This document shows, one piece after another, positions 47,891 to 58,240 of a DNA stretch of 64,000 nt. Positions within the stretch are counted from its first letter, which is position 1; every line of letters begins with the position of its first letter. Below the pieces are notes generated by a model. That model had not been told where the DNA came from. It did no database searches and saw only the letters and a program-made list of their open reading frames with translations. Source of the DNA: Minisyncoccota bacterium (GTDB taxonomy: Bacteria; Patescibacteriota; Minisyncoccia; Phycocordibacterales; JABMNX01); assembly GCA_026195275.1 (NCBI GenBank), contig JAPHQU010000003.1, forward strand, positions 71,852-135,851. Reading direction: 5' to 3'. A program made the position numbers and the translations under genes.

Positions 47891-49411
47891 ATGTCTTTTT
47901 CACTTTTCTCATTTCTCAACTTCAAGAAAGATACACACGCCGACACGCCGAAAAAAAAGTCTGCGCCACTTTTTCTTTATAACACTCTCTCAAAAGAAAA
48001 AGAGGTCTTCAAGCCGATCCGCCCTCACGAGGTCGGGATGTATAGCTGTGGGCCAACTGTCTACGACTACGCACACATTGGCAATTTACGCACGTACGTG
48101 TTCTCAGACGTACTGCGAAGGGTGCTTGAGTACAACGACTACAAAGTGAAGCATGTTATCAATATTACCGACGTTGGACATCTTACTTCAGACGAAGACG
48201 CGGGCGACGATAAGATGATGCTTGCCCTCGCGCGTGAAGATCTTCCGGCGACGCTCACCAACATGAAAAAAGTTGGGAGCATCTACATGCGCGCGTTCAA
48301 GGATGACCTTAAAGAACTCAACATAAAAACACCATCTGCTTATCCTCGCGCAAGTGAGCATGTGGAGGGACAGATCGCCTTTATCAAGACTCTCGAAGAG
48401 AAAGGCTACACATATACCCTTAAGGATGGCGTATATTTCGATACAGAAAAATTTGCTGCGTACGGCGCACTTGGCGGCATTAGCAAAGAAGAGAGCGAGA
48501 CAATTTCTCGCATCGGTAAAAAAGAAGGTAAGCACCGCCAACAGGACTTCGCGCTTTGGAAGTTCGGGAAGGACACCACCCCCTCTGGGAAACCCCTAGG
48601 ATGGGAGTCGCCGTGGGGCGTAGGCTTCCCGGGCTGGCACATTGAATGTTCCGCCATGTCGACTCAGTACCTCGGCAAACACTTCGATATCCACACAGGC
48701 GGCATCGACCACATCGCGATCCACCACAACAACGAGATTGCGCAGACCGAAGCGATTACCGGCAAGAGATTCGTGAACTATTGGCTCCACTCGGCATTCC
48801 TCACCGTCGATGGTAAAAAGATCTCTAAATCACTCGGCAACACCTACTACCTCCGCCACGTCATTGATCGTGGATTCGCACCTTTTGCGTTTCGCTACTG
48901 GCTTTTGACCGCGCACTACCGTTCAGAGATGAATTTCACCTGGGATGCGATTGAGGGTGCGTACACCGCCCTTGTGAAGCTCCATAAGCAATTCCTTGAT
49001 CTCGGTGCGCGAAACGGCACCATTAACCAAAAATATAGCGCGCGCTTTCGTGAAGCAATCAATGATGACCTCAATACCCCAAAAGCGATTGCGATCCTTT
49101 GGGAGCTCGTGGATGATGACACTGTAGATAAAAAAGACAAACGCATAACCATGCTTGATATGAACCGTGTCTTGGGTATTGGTCTCATTGAATCGTACAA
49201 ACAAATGAAGAATATGCTCGCTGGCGAAACCAAGAAGATAGAGGTCAAGAAAGCGCCCGAAGAAGTTCAAGAGCTGATAAAGGAACGCGAAGAAGCCCGC
49301 GAGAAGAAAGACTGGAGCGCTGCAGATACACTCCGTAAAGAGATCGCAGAGAAAGGATACGATGTCTCCGACACGGAAAAAGGACCTGAGCTGACAAAAC
49401 GTTCTGCATAG
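47891..49411 (+). CDS. cysS: Cysteine--tRNA ligase
   Basis: YSCGPTVY..HIGN, PGWHIECS, DIHTGG, KISKS. Confidence 0.97.
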   Translation: MSFSLFSFLNFKKDTHADTPKKKSAPLFLYNTLSKEKEVFKPIRPHEVGMYSCGPTVYDYAHIGNLRTYVFSDVLRRVLEYNDYKVKHVINITDVGHLTSDEDAGDDKMMLALAREDLPATLTNMKKVGSIYMRAFKDDLKELNIKTPSAYPRASEHVEGQIAFIKTLEEKGYTYTLKDGVYFDTEKFAAYGALGGISKEESETISRIGKKEGKHRQQDFALWKFGKDTTPSGKPLGWESPWGVGFPGWHIECSAMSTQYLGKHFDIHTGGIDHIAIHHNNEIAQTEAITGKRFVNYWLHSAFLTVDGKKISKSLGNTYYLRHVIDRGFAPFAFRYWLLTAHYRSEMNFTWDAIEGAYTALVKLHKQFLDLGARNGTINQKYSARFREAINDDLNTPKAIAILWELVDDDTVDKKDKRITMLDMNRVLGIGLIESYKQMKNMLAGETKKIEVKKAPEEVQELIKEREEAREKKDWSAADTLRKEIAEKGYDVSDTEKGPELTKRSA

Positions 49412-49455
49412 GTTACTATCTTCCCAGACCCATTGGAGGATTAAAGGAGGATGCA

Positions 49456-49851
49456 ATGTCCTTAAGAACTGACAGGTTAAAAACTGACAGGCTCCACGCC
49501 TTAGCTTGGACCCTTATTATATTGGTCATGTCGGTCGGATTGGGGTTGACCACCTCTCTCATTGTTCCGGCACTTAACGTGTGGGGACATATCTTCTTTA
49601 CGCTAGTCTTTTTTGGAATCCCGGCCCATCTGATGAGGCACCGTTACTATGGGCGTGTCGTCGTCTATGCGGGCATGGAAAGCGGCCCGCTAATCGCACT
49701 GGGGATACCTTTCCTGATATGGCCCTTTGCCTATCTCTTCCTCGGACAGTTGATCTGGTGGGGGGGGGTTCTGGTGGCGATTCTGTTCATTATGCTGGGT
49801 ATTTTCTTCGTATACAAAGGTCTCTTGGAGGGGCCTATCTACGGATGGTAG
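49456..49851 (+). CDS. Hypothetical 4-TM protein
   Basis: Hydrophobic 131-aa ORF with AAGGAGG SD. Confidence 0.6.
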   Translation: MSLRTDRLKTDRLHALAWTLIILVMSVGLGLTTSLIVPALNVWGHIFFTLVFFGIPAHLMRHRYYGRVVVYAGMESGPLIALGIPFLIWPFAYLFLGQLIWWGGVLVAILFIMLGIFFVYKGLLEGPIYGW

Positions 49852-49930
49852 AACACAATCCCCAGGTAAGTCACATAAAGCGCAGGATAGCAATATCCTG
49901 CGTTTTTTTGTGTGTGATAAGATAATCCTA

Positions 49931-51304
49931 ATGGCAAAAGAACTCAGACTCCCCCCACAAGACATTGATGCTGAAAAGGCACTCCTTGGATCAATCATGC
50001 TGAAGCCTGAGGCGATGCATGAGATCGTAGATTTGGTACGCCCGGAAGCATTTTACAGTGAGAAGCACCGCATCATCTACACAAACATGAATGAGCTTCT
50101 CGAGAAGAATGAGCCAATCGACATCCTCTCTCTCTCAAGTAAATTAAAAGAAAAGAAACAGCTCGATTCAGTTGGCGGTGGCTCCTACCTCAGTGAGCTG
50201 GTCAATTTCGTGCCGTCTGCAGCAAACATCAAACACTATGCGGACATAGTGCAGAAGAAGGCAATGATGCGTAACCTTATTGGCGCAGCAGACCATATTA
50301 GCGAACTTGGCTATGAAGAAAGTAACGATATTGAATACGTACTCGATAGCGCACAATCAAAGATCCTTGAGGTAACTAACTCCCCCACACTCCAGAAATT
50401 CGTCGAGATCAAGGATACCCTTGCCGAAGCATGGGAGCGCCTTGAACACCTCCACCGGTCGAAAGATGAGATACGAGGTGTCAGGAGTGGTTTCCGAGCG
50501 CTCGATGATCTTCTCGCCGGATTCCAGAAATCAGACCTCGTCATCCTCGCCGCGCGTCCGTCAATGGGGAAAACCTCACTCGCTCTTGATATCGCCCGAC
50601 AAGCGGCGGTCCACCACAAGGTGCCGGTGGGTATCTTCTCACTTGAGATGAGCTCACAGCAGCTCGTTGACCGCATGCTCGCGGCTGAGTCACACGTCAA
50701 TGCCTGGAAGCTCCGCACCGGAAAACTCTCCACTGATGAAGAGTTCGACAAGATCCAAGAAGCACTCGGCACCCTCTCGCAGGCGCCGATTTATATCGAT
50801 GATAAGTCTTCAAGCAACGTTCTTCAGATGCGCGCAATCGCACGCCGCCTCAAGCATGAAAAAGGGCTCGGGCTCGTCATTATCGACTATCTCCAGCTCA
50901 TTATGCCGACCAACTCGCGCAACTCAGACTCTATGGTTCAGCAAGTAACCGAAATCTCACGCGCACTTAAAGGAATGGCACGCGAGCTTGATGTGCCGGT
51001 TATTGCACTCTCTCAGCTCTCGCGTGCAGTTGAACAACGCCGTGGTAAGCCTCGTCTCTCCGATCTCCGCGACTCCGGGTCGATTGAGCAGGACGCCGAC
51101 GTGGTCATGTTCATCCACCGCGATGACCGGATGAATGAGAATTCAGACCGCCCAAACATTGCCGAGATCCTTGTTGAGAAGCATCGAAATGGTCCTGTCG
51201 GCAGTGTTGAGCTCTACTTCGATGACAGACGATCGACTTTCCTCTCAATCGATAAGAGCGACTTCCATGGTGCAGAATCATCAACAAACACGGACGATTT
51301 CTAG
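49931..51304 (+). CDS. dnaB: Replicative DNA helicase
   Basis: AARPSMGKT, FSLEM, IDYLQL, LSQLSR, SGSIEQDAD. Confidence 0.97.
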   Translation: MAKELRLPPQDIDAEKALLGSIMLKPEAMHEIVDLVRPEAFYSEKHRIIYTNMNELLEKNEPIDILSLSSKLKEKKQLDSVGGGSYLSELVNFVPSAANIKHYADIVQKKAMMRNLIGAADHISELGYEESNDIEYVLDSAQSKILEVTNSPTLQKFVEIKDTLAEAWERLEHLHRSKDEIRGVRSGFRALDDLLAGFQKSDLVILAARPSMGKTSLALDIARQAAVHHKVPVGIFSLEMSSQQLVDRMLAAESHVNAWKLRTGKLSTDEEFDKIQEALGTLSQAPIYIDDKSSSNVLQMRAIARRLKHEKGLGLVIIDYLQLIMPTNSRNSDSMVQQVTEISRALKGMARELDVPVIALSQLSRAVEQRRGKPRLSDLRDSGSIEQDADVVMFIHRDDRMNENSDRPNIAEILVEKHRNGPVGSVELYFDDRRSTFLSIDKSDFHGAESSTNTDDF

Positions 51305-51315
51305 ACGCAGTCTCT

Positions 51316-51924
51316 ATGAATACTATTCACAAACTAACCCAGCTTTTTACACGCTTTCCGGGGATTGGTCCGCGCCAGGCCGGCCGTTTTGTCTATTTTC
51401 TACTCGCCTCCCCGCAGAGTTATCGCAATGAGCTCGTTGAATTAATACGAACACTCAAAGAAGAAACGAAAGTCTGCCCCTCGTGTATGCGTTTTCACTC
51501 GGGTCAGGGCGAATTATGCACGGTGTGTGCCGACTCAAGTCGCGATGCATCATCCCTCATGCTCGTTGAGAAGGATGTTGACCTCGACAATATAGAACGA
51601 ACCGGCAGCTACACCGGCCGCTACTTTGTAATTGGTGGCACCGTCCCGATACTCGACAAGACACCTGAGCGCTCAATTCGAGAGAAGGAACTCCTTGAGG
51701 TGGTGAAGGAACGCACCGGAGAGGGACTTAAAGAGATTATTCTCGCGTTCTCAGTAAATGCCGAAGGAGAGAACACCGTGAATCACGTGCGGAGACTGCT
51801 CACTCCCCTGCTTCAGCAGCACAAGATAAGACTCTCGACTCTTGGACGCGGCCTCTCCACCGGTTCTGAGCTTGAATACTCAGATAGCGAGACCATCAAA
51901 AGCGCACTCAAGAATCGTGCTTAG
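51316..51924 (+). CDS. recR: Recombination mediator RecR
   Basis: PGIGPRQA, C4 zinc finger, Toprim-like EGENT, GSELEYSD. Confidence 0.93.
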   Translation: MNTIHKLTQLFTRFPGIGPRQAGRFVYFLLASPQSYRNELVELIRTLKEETKVCPSCMRFHSGQGELCTVCADSSRDASSLMLVEKDVDLDNIERTGSYTGRYFVIGGTVPILDKTPERSIREKELLEVVKERTGEGLKEIILAFSVNAEGENTVNHVRRLLTPLLQQHKIRLSTLGRGLSTGSELEYSDSETIKSALKNRA

Positions 51925-51972
51925 AAAAACATTGAAGCCTCCTGCTCTATGTTATAGTAAAATCAATTACAA

Positions 51973-52422
51973 ATGAATGAACTATTAATAATTCAGACAA
52001 TCCTAGTTGCTGCGGCCATTATATCTGCCGTGGTGGCCGTAGCTGCTTGGCTTCAAAACAGACAAGTTATTCGCCTGGCAAATACCCCGATATTAATCCC
52101 AACTTTCAGGAGGGAGAGGAATGGAGAAAATGAAAATGTAAGAGTTAGAATAAACAACAATCATGACAGGGGTATAGCCCAGCATGTTAGTGTTAGGATT
52201 TTTGGTGGCAAGCTTACTCGAGAAGAATCAAAGACTGATGAGTTTCTTGCTCCAGGCTATGGAACCGACATTTATATACTAGCGGGTAATCCAGACGGTT
52301 GCCGATTTGAAGTGAAATACCAAAACATCTTTAAGCAAGAAGTACAAGTTTGTGGATCCGTCCATGAGGTGACAAGAGGACATTTTGACCTTCAGAGTAT
52401 CAATTTCCTGATAGATTTCTAA
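51973..52422 (+). CDS. Hypothetical single-TM protein
   Basis: 149-aa ORF, N-terminal TM, visibly more AT-rich than its neighbours. Confidence 0.6.
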   Translation: MNELLIIQTILVAAAIISAVVAVAAWLQNRQVIRLANTPILIPTFRRERNGENENVRVRINNNHDRGIAQHVSVRIFGGKLTREESKTDEFLAPGYGTDIYILAGNPDGCRFEVKYQNIFKQEVQVCGSVHEVTRGHFDLQSINFLIDF

Positions 52423-52441
52423 ACAATTACTCCTTATTATT

Positions 52442-52469
52442 AAAAAACCGCCCCTCGGGGCGGTTTTTT
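52442..52469. terminator. Bidirectional intrinsic terminator
   Basis: AAAAAACCGCCCC-TC-GGGGCGGTTTTTT. Confidence 0.8.
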
Positions 52470-52478
52470 CTTTCTCTA

Positions 52479-52919
52479 TTACTTAAGCGCGTCAATGCGT
52501 ACTTTTGCGTATGGTTGACGGTGTCCGTACTTTCTCATGTATCGGCTCTTTGATTTGAACTTGATGACGTTGATCTTCTTTGCTTTCCCCTCTTCAACAA
52601 ATGACGCGGTAACCTTCGCCCCATCGATATAAGGAGTACCGACAGTCGTCATGTCTTTACCATTGTCTACCAAGAGCACGTTCTCAAATACAATCTTGTC
52701 CCCTTCTTTGTGCTCTGCGGGAAGCTTTTCAATAGTGAGAACATCACCAACAGAGACCACATACTGCTTGCCGCCGGTCTCAATCACCGCGAATTCCCCA
52801 GTATCTGGAGTGTTTTTCACGGGCGCCTGCTTGGCTGGAGCTGCTTTCTTTTCAGCCTCCTTTGCGTCCTTCTTTGGCGCTCGCTTTGTCTCTTTTTCTG
52901 TTACTTTCTCAGCTGTCAT
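52479..52919 (-). CDS. rplU: 50S ribosomal protein L21 with Lys/Ala-rich N-terminal extension
   Basis: FAVIETGGKQY, VGTPY, GHRQPY. Confidence 0.95.
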   Translation of the reverse strand: MTAEKVTEKETKRAPKKDAKEAEKKAAPAKQAPVKNTPDTGEFAVIETGGKQYVVSVGDVLTIEKLPAEHKEGDKIVFENVLLVDNGKDMTTVGTPYIDGAKVTASFVEEGKAKKINVIKFKSKSRYMRKYGHRQPYAKVRIDALK

Positions 52920-53005
52920 AGTGGTGGCTATAATACCCAAAAACCGCCAAAAAAGCAACACTTCCCGATACCACCGGAGCCCTTTGCACCACCAATCTGC
53001 ATCTC

Positions 53006-53030
53006 AAATCTTAACGTCGACGTCAAAAAC
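53006..53030. repeat. Degenerate copy of the dispersed palindrome
   Basis: AAATCTTAACGTCGACGTCAAAAAC versus AAATCTTGACGTCnGACGTCAAGATTT. Confidence 0.55.
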
Positions 53031-53149
53031 AAAAACGCCAGGCACACCTGGCGTTTCTCTGAATGTGGCGCTCCTCAGCCATAAAAAACGCCAACCTGAG
53101 GTTGGCGTTTTTTGTAGGTGCCAAAGGGGCCAAGAGTGCGTAGTGGAGA

Positions 53150-54244
53150 CTAATCCTCCTTCTCCGGCCTCCCTACCCCAAGCGCTTCGATGCCAACATC
53201 CGAGCCGGTGATGCGGAGTACGTCCTTGTCGATCTTACCCAGCTCCTTCTGTGCGCTGTTGTAGTGGTTCACGGTTGTCCCCAGTGAATTGCCAAGCTTC
53301 TTGAAGTACTCATCATACGCCTTGAGGTGTCGTGAGAGGTCTTCCACCTGCTTACCAATCTGTTTTGCGGACTCCTCTACCTTGAACGCACGGAAACCGT
53401 AAAGTACCGACTGGAGGTACGCCGCAAATGTTGTCGGCGAGACGATGATTACGTTCTTGTCTTTGTATGCATAGTCGATGAGCGAGCGGGTATTTACCTT
53501 AACTGAACCGACCTCGTTAACCAAAAGATCGTAGTAGATTGCCTCAGCAGGTATGTACATGAACGCAAACGGGAGTGTGCCGTCTTTAGGGCGAATATAT
53601 TTCGCAGTCTCGTCAATTCGCTTCTTAAGATCATTCTTAAATTCTCTCTCAAGCACCTCACGTTGCACATCATCAGTCTCATCCGCAAGCCGGCGATAAT
53701 TGTCGAGTGAGAACTTCGCATCAATCGGAATAAGTCCATCTTTCGTCTCAATGACCGCATCCACGGTCTCCCCTCCCGGGAATTGGTACTGTGTCTTATA
53801 CGCGGTTGCAGGCAGAATATTCTCAAGCGCGAGCTGAAGCGATGCTTCGCCGAGGTTGCCGCGCTGTTTCTGGTTTTTGAGCACCTTCTCGAGGTTCTGA
53901 AGTTGCTCGGCAACAGTGAAGACTTGTTTGGAGGATTCTGAGACCTCAGTCACTCCTTTCACAACACTCATAAGCCGCTCACTGACTTCTTTATTGATAT
54001 CGCGCATCAACCGCTGACTCTCGGTGAATTGGGTCTTCACCGACTCACGCATGGTCTCGGTGCCTTCACCGAGCTTGCGGTCCATAGTATTGCGAAGCTC
54101 CTGGAGCTCGCGTTGCATAAGGAGGATACCCTCGCGCTCGCCCGCCCCGTCATTTTTTTTACCTTTTAAAATGAACCACAAGATAAAGGCATTGAATATT
54201 ACAACGATGAAAATGAGAAATGCGAGAGCGGTGAAGTCGATCAT
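53150..54244 (-). CDS. rmuC: DNA recombination protein RmuC
   Basis: N-terminal TM, coiled coil, RGNLGE, IDAKF, FAFMYIPAE, VSPTT. Confidence 0.92.
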   Translation of the reverse strand: MIDFTALAFLIFIVVIFNAFILWFILKGKKNDGAGEREGILLMQRELQELRNTMDRKLGEGTETMRESVKTQFTESQRLMRDINKEVSERLMSVVKGVTEVSESSKQVFTVAEQLQNLEKVLKNQKQRGNLGEASLQLALENILPATAYKTQYQFPGGETVDAVIETKDGLIPIDAKFSLDNYRRLADETDDVQREVLEREFKNDLKKRIDETAKYIRPKDGTLPFAFMYIPAEAIYYDLLVNEVGSVKVNTRSLIDYAYKDKNVIIVSPTTFAAYLQSVLYGFRAFKVEESAKQIGKQVEDLSRHLKAYDEYFKKLGNSLGTTVNHYNSAQKELGKIDKDVLRITGSDVGIEALGVGRPEKED

Positions 54245-54256
54245 GTGCTCATTCTA

Positions 54257-56944
54257 TCACCCTCTCTTGCGCCGCTCAAACAAGAAATATTTGGTGGTTT
54301 CAATAACAAGAAGGTTGAACAGGCCGACTCCCACAAGAGCTATCCACTCAAAAAGTGATAGCGGAACGAGCGAGAGGAGCTTCTGAAGCGGTGGCAGCGT
54401 TGCCGCACCAACGAGGAGTACGGTACTTACGATAAGCGCACGAAAGAGGTACGTATTGCTAAAGAGACGTATCTTCCAGATCGGATAATGCAGGTTCTTG
54501 AACGAGAAGGCAAAGAATATCGAATCAAGTGACAATGCAATAAACATGAAGGTGCGCACCTCATCAATAGGAAGGTTAAGCGAGAGCAAGAAGAAGTAGA
54601 GCGCGACCAAGAAGACACTGGTAACAACTGCAATGATGGCGATCAACTCTTTTACCCGAGTGGTAAGGATTCGTTTCGAAAGATTATCGCGTGGATCGCG
54701 ACGCATAACACCTCGCTCAGCACCCTCAAACGCAAACGCAAAACTCATGAAGCCTTCCTCGACAATATTTGCCCAAAGGATCTGCCCTGGCAAAAATGGA
54801 AGCGGTGCACCAACAGCGAGCGCACTTCCGATTACAATAATCTCACTAAACCCGGTTGAGAGCAGGTATGAAACGATCTTCTTAAGATTATCAATAATCC
54901 GCCGCCCTTCTTTGATCGCACCCGTAATAATCGAAAAACTATTATTGATCAATACAATGTCACTCGCTGCCTTTGCCACCTCAGTGCCACTTCCAACCGC
55001 AATGCCGATATCCGCGCTCATAAGCGCTGGTGCGTCATTTACCCCATCACCGGTCATCGCAACCACCTCACCGTGGTCCTTGAGGACGCGGGTGATATGC
55101 AGCTTGTGTTCAGGGAGTACGCGCGCGAAGATCGGCGTATGCATAACCGCATCGTACAATTCTTCGTCAGAAAGCCGTTCAATGTCACTGCCGGTAAGTA
55201 CCCCGCTCTCCTCGTCGGCTATCCCGGTCTCAAGCGCAATTTGCCGCGCGGTCTTTGCGTTGTCTCCCGTTACCATAACCACCCGCACACCAGCACTACG
55301 CACTTCGCGGATTGACTCGGCAACGTCGGCACGTACCGGGTCGGAAAAAGCGATCAGACCAATAAACACAAGACCCTGTAAGACCGCTTCATCCGGATCA
55401 TTGGTCGGAATCACATCAAACCCAACATCTCGCTTAGCAAGCGCAATAAATCGATACCCGTCAGCACTCATTGATTGCTGCCAGCGCATAAACCGCTCTC
55501 TTGACTCAGGAGTGAGGCGACGCGACTTCCCTTCATAGAGCAGGTGTGTTGACCGCTCCAAGAGCGGCTCCGGTGCGCCACTTACATACAAGACGTTCGA
55601 CGTCTTCCCTTCTCCGCTATGAAGAGACGCCGCAAAACGCCGCCGTGACTCAAACTGCAAAAAATCAAGTCGCGGCGATTCTCGGAAAATACCCTCTTGC
55701 AAGATGCCCACATCTACTCCGGCAGACACGAGCGCTTTCTCTACAGGTCGACCGTGGATGATAATCTGCTCTTCCTCCTCTTCCCCGGCAGACCCTTCAC
55801 GTCGCTCGATAAATGCATCAGATGCCAATATGGCTGACCTAAGGAGGGTGTAATTATCTCCAATCGAATCTGTGTTCTTGTGGTCCATCCCCTCAAGAGT
55901 ATAGAGACCACTCACACTCATCTTCGCCTCAGTGAGCGTCCCTGTCTTGTCGGTAAGAATGATCGTTGTTGAACCCAATGTCTCGGCAGCAAGGAGATTA
56001 CGCACCAGACCACCCCGCTTCAAGATTGATTCCATACCGACCGCAAGCACAACAGTAACCGCTGCCGGCAACCCCTCAGGCATTGAGGCGATCGCAATCG
56101 CGACTGTGATCAGGAGCATGTCGACAATCGTCTCTCCGTGGAATACCCCAAGGAGAAAGATGAGCGCTGTCGCGCCAAGGATCACATACAAGAGGAAACG
56201 AGCGATGTACCGGACATTCTGCTGTAGCGGCGTACGACGAACCTCAACCAACTGGAGTCCTGAGGCAATACCACCAACTTCGGTCTCGTCTCCAGTCTTG
56301 ACCACAACCCCCGTTCCATAACCGGAAGCGACGAGTGTTCCCATCCACACCATATTGTCCCGCTCAGCAAGAGGTGTCGCTTCCTTGTGGATTTGACCGG
56401 CATCCTTTCGCACAGAAACCCATTCCCCCGTAAGCGCCGCCTCGTTCATATACATGTCCCGGTCATGTATCAGGCGCATGTCAGCGGGAGCGGACATGCC
56501 ACCTTCCAGAATCACCACGTCCCCAGGAACAATACTGATTGCGGGGACGACCATGCGCCGTCCGTCACGCAACACGGTTGCTTCTTTGCTTTGTGATGCG
56601 TTGAGCTTGTTGAATGCCTGCGACGCACGACGCTCCTGAAGAGTTCCCACGGCAACATTTATGAAAAGCGCCACCACGATGACGAGCGCATCAAGATACT
56701 CTCGCAAAAAGAGCGTGAGGAGCCCCGCCACAAGCAAGATAAAGACCAACGGGTTCCCAAACTGATTCAACATCAAGCCAAAGACTCCACGCACTTTCTC
56801 CTGGGTCAGTTTGTTCTCCCCGTAGGAGATAGTGCGAGAAGAAACTGTTCCCGCCGAAAGGCCCTGGTTGCGATCAGTTTGGAGTATCTGTAGGACCTCT
56901 TCTTCAGAGAGTGTGTGCCACTGGTGTGACGAGTTGTTTTTCAT
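54257..56944 (-). CDS. Cation-transporting P-type ATPase (P2-type)
   Basis: LTGE, PEGLP, DKTGTLT, TGD, GDGVNDAP. Confidence 0.95.
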   Translation of the reverse strand: MKNNSSHQWHTLSEEEVLQILQTDRNQGLSAGTVSSRTISYGENKLTQEKVRGVFGLMLNQFGNPLVFILLVAGLLTLFLREYLDALVIVVALFINVAVGTLQERRASQAFNKLNASQSKEATVLRDGRRMVVPAISIVPGDVVILEGGMSAPADMRLIHDRDMYMNEAALTGEWVSVRKDAGQIHKEATPLAERDNMVWMGTLVASGYGTGVVVKTGDETEVGGIASGLQLVEVRRTPLQQNVRYIARFLLYVILGATALIFLLGVFHGETIVDMLLITVAIAIASMPEGLPAAVTVVLAVGMESILKRGGLVRNLLAAETLGSTTIILTDKTGTLTEAKMSVSGLYTLEGMDHKNTDSIGDNYTLLRSAILASDAFIERREGSAGEEEEEQIIIHGRPVEKALVSAGVDVGILQEGIFRESPRLDFLQFESRRRFAASLHSGEGKTSNVLYVSGAPEPLLERSTHLLYEGKSRRLTPESRERFMRWQQSMSADGYRFIALAKRDVGFDVIPTNDPDEAVLQGLVFIGLIAFSDPVRADVAESIREVRSAGVRVVMVTGDNAKTARQIALETGIADEESGVLTGSDIERLSDEELYDAVMHTPIFARVLPEHKLHITRVLKDHGEVVAMTGDGVNDAPALMSADIGIAVGSGTEVAKAASDIVLINNSFSIITGAIKEGRRIIDNLKKIVSYLLSTGFSEIIVIGSALAVGAPLPFLPGQILWANIVEEGFMSFAFAFEGAERGVMRRDPRDNLSKRILTTRVKELIAIIAVVTSVFLVALYFFLLSLNLPIDEVRTFMFIALSLDSIFFAFSFKNLHYPIWKIRLFSNTYLFRALIVSTVLLVGAATLPPLQKLLSLVPLSLFEWIALVGVGLFNLLVIETTKYFLFERRKRG

Positions 56945-57007
56945 TGCCTCTTCAGTATATCAAAACTATCATTGAATATGCGGCACAAACTGTTAAAATA
57001 GAATCAT

Positions 57008-57460
57008 ATGTTATCTCAAGATATCCGAAGTGAATTGACTGTAGCAATGAAAGCGCGCGATGAGGTCCGTCTGCGAGTTCTTCGTGGACTTCTTGCAGCG
57101 TTCACCAACGAGCTTGTCGCAAAAAAACAGAAGCCGGACGCGCAGATCTCTGACGACGACGCACTCGCGGTTATTAAGCGCGCAGTAAAGCAGCGACAAG
57201 ATTCTATCGAGCAATTTGAAAAAGGCGGTCGTGCTGATCTTGCGGATGTTGAGCGTGCTGAGCTCGAGATACTTGAAGCCTACCTCCCTGAGACAATGAG
57301 CAAAGACGCAATCGAGGAAGTCGCCCGCGCTAAGAAAGAAGAACTTGGGGTCAGCGATAAATCAAAGATGGGTATCCTTATGGGGGCGGTCATGGCAGAG
57401 CTCAAGGGCAAAGTAGACGGCAAAGACGTCAAAGATGTCGTGGAAAGCATTCTCGCGTAG
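57008..57460 (+). CDS. GatB/YqeY domain protein
   Basis: AMKARD, KQRQDSIEQF..GGR.DL, YLP, MGILMGAVM. Confidence 0.92.
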   Translation: MLSQDIRSELTVAMKARDEVRLRVLRGLLAAFTNELVAKKQKPDAQISDDDALAVIKRAVKQRQDSIEQFEKGGRADLADVERAELEILEAYLPETMSKDAIEEVARAKKEELGVSDKSKMGILMGAVMAELKGKVDGKDVKDVVESILA

Positions 57461-57461
57461 G

Positions 57462-57491
57462 TTGACAAAACTTATTTTTGTGTAGTATAAT
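57462..57491 (+). promoter_or_regulatory. Consensus sigma-70 promoter
   Basis: TTGACA-18 nt-TATAAT. Confidence 0.65.
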
Positions 57492-57522
57492 TATAGTAGA
57501 TTAACATTGTGGGAGACCGACA

Positions 57523-57741
57523 ATGGACGAACACATTCTAGAAGAGGCATGTAAGCTCATCGAAACCATGGGCTACACACCGGAGGACGCTGCGAAGAAG
57601 GTGGTAGATACGGACCTTCCCGAATCCGCACGGGAGATACTGATGAGGGAGGTCGTAGAACACCCGAACACACAGCGGGCTCACAGAAAACTTGAAGAGG
57701 CTCGGGAAGCATATAAATCTCTTTCGCGTCGCTTCGGATAA
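57523..57741 (+). CDS. Small hypothetical protein
   Basis: 72-aa ORF after a consensus promoter and GGGAG. Confidence 0.5.
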   Translation: MDEHILEEACKLIETMGYTPEDAAKKVVDTDLPESAREILMREVVEHPNTQRAHRKLEEAREAYKSLSRRFG

Positions 57742-57849
57742 GCAAGCAGTTTCTGAGCAACACCATGTGGTGTCAGCAGAGACTGCTTTTCTTTTTTGTT
57801 TGTTGTGTATAGAATCAAAGACAGACACAACTGAAACACGGAGGTCTCA

Positions 57850-58200
57850 ATGGGCTTTACTAACGATGAGGTGGTTAAGGCTCGCAAAGCGGTGGAGAAA
57901 GAGACAGGACTCACGCTGAGTCATGAGCTTCTCTACTCACTCGTGAGGAAGGTTGAAGAGAACAAAACTCAGATGTCCTTCCCTGAAGCACTTCGTTTTG
58001 CGCTTAACACACTCAACATCCACGAGGAGGAGACCCGGAGCGTATACAAAAAAGCAGTCGGTAAACTCTTCGGAAGTCATGGTGGTAGAAAAGCAGCACG
58101 AAACCGAAGATCCGGACCCCCTCCCCAAAAACGCCCTCGTCCAACTGTGGTAGGAACGATTGTGGAAGAAAAAGGGGGACAATTCTCTTTCAAAGTATAG
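57850..58200 (+). CDS. Hypothetical basic protein
   Basis: 116-aa ORF, GGAGG SD, terminator directly after. Confidence 0.6.
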   Translation: MGFTNDEVVKARKAVEKETGLTLSHELLYSLVRKVEENKTQMSFPEALRFALNTLNIHEEETRSVYKKAVGKLFGSHGGRKAARNRRSGPPPQKRPRPTVVGTIVEEKGGQFSFKV

Positions 58201-58233
58201 AAGCGACCTGCGGAAGCAGGTCGCTTATTTTTT
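58201..58233 (+). terminator. Intrinsic terminator
   Basis: AAGCGACCTGC-GGAA-GCAGGTCGCTTATTTTTT. Confidence 0.75.
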
Positions 58234-58240
58234 GAGACAT

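Noticed and set aside
54633-55538. Long antisense ORFs (301 aa here; also 25008-25763, 29321-30274, 59383-60189)
   Set aside because: Shadow frames opposite well-supported genes, with no recognisable motifs
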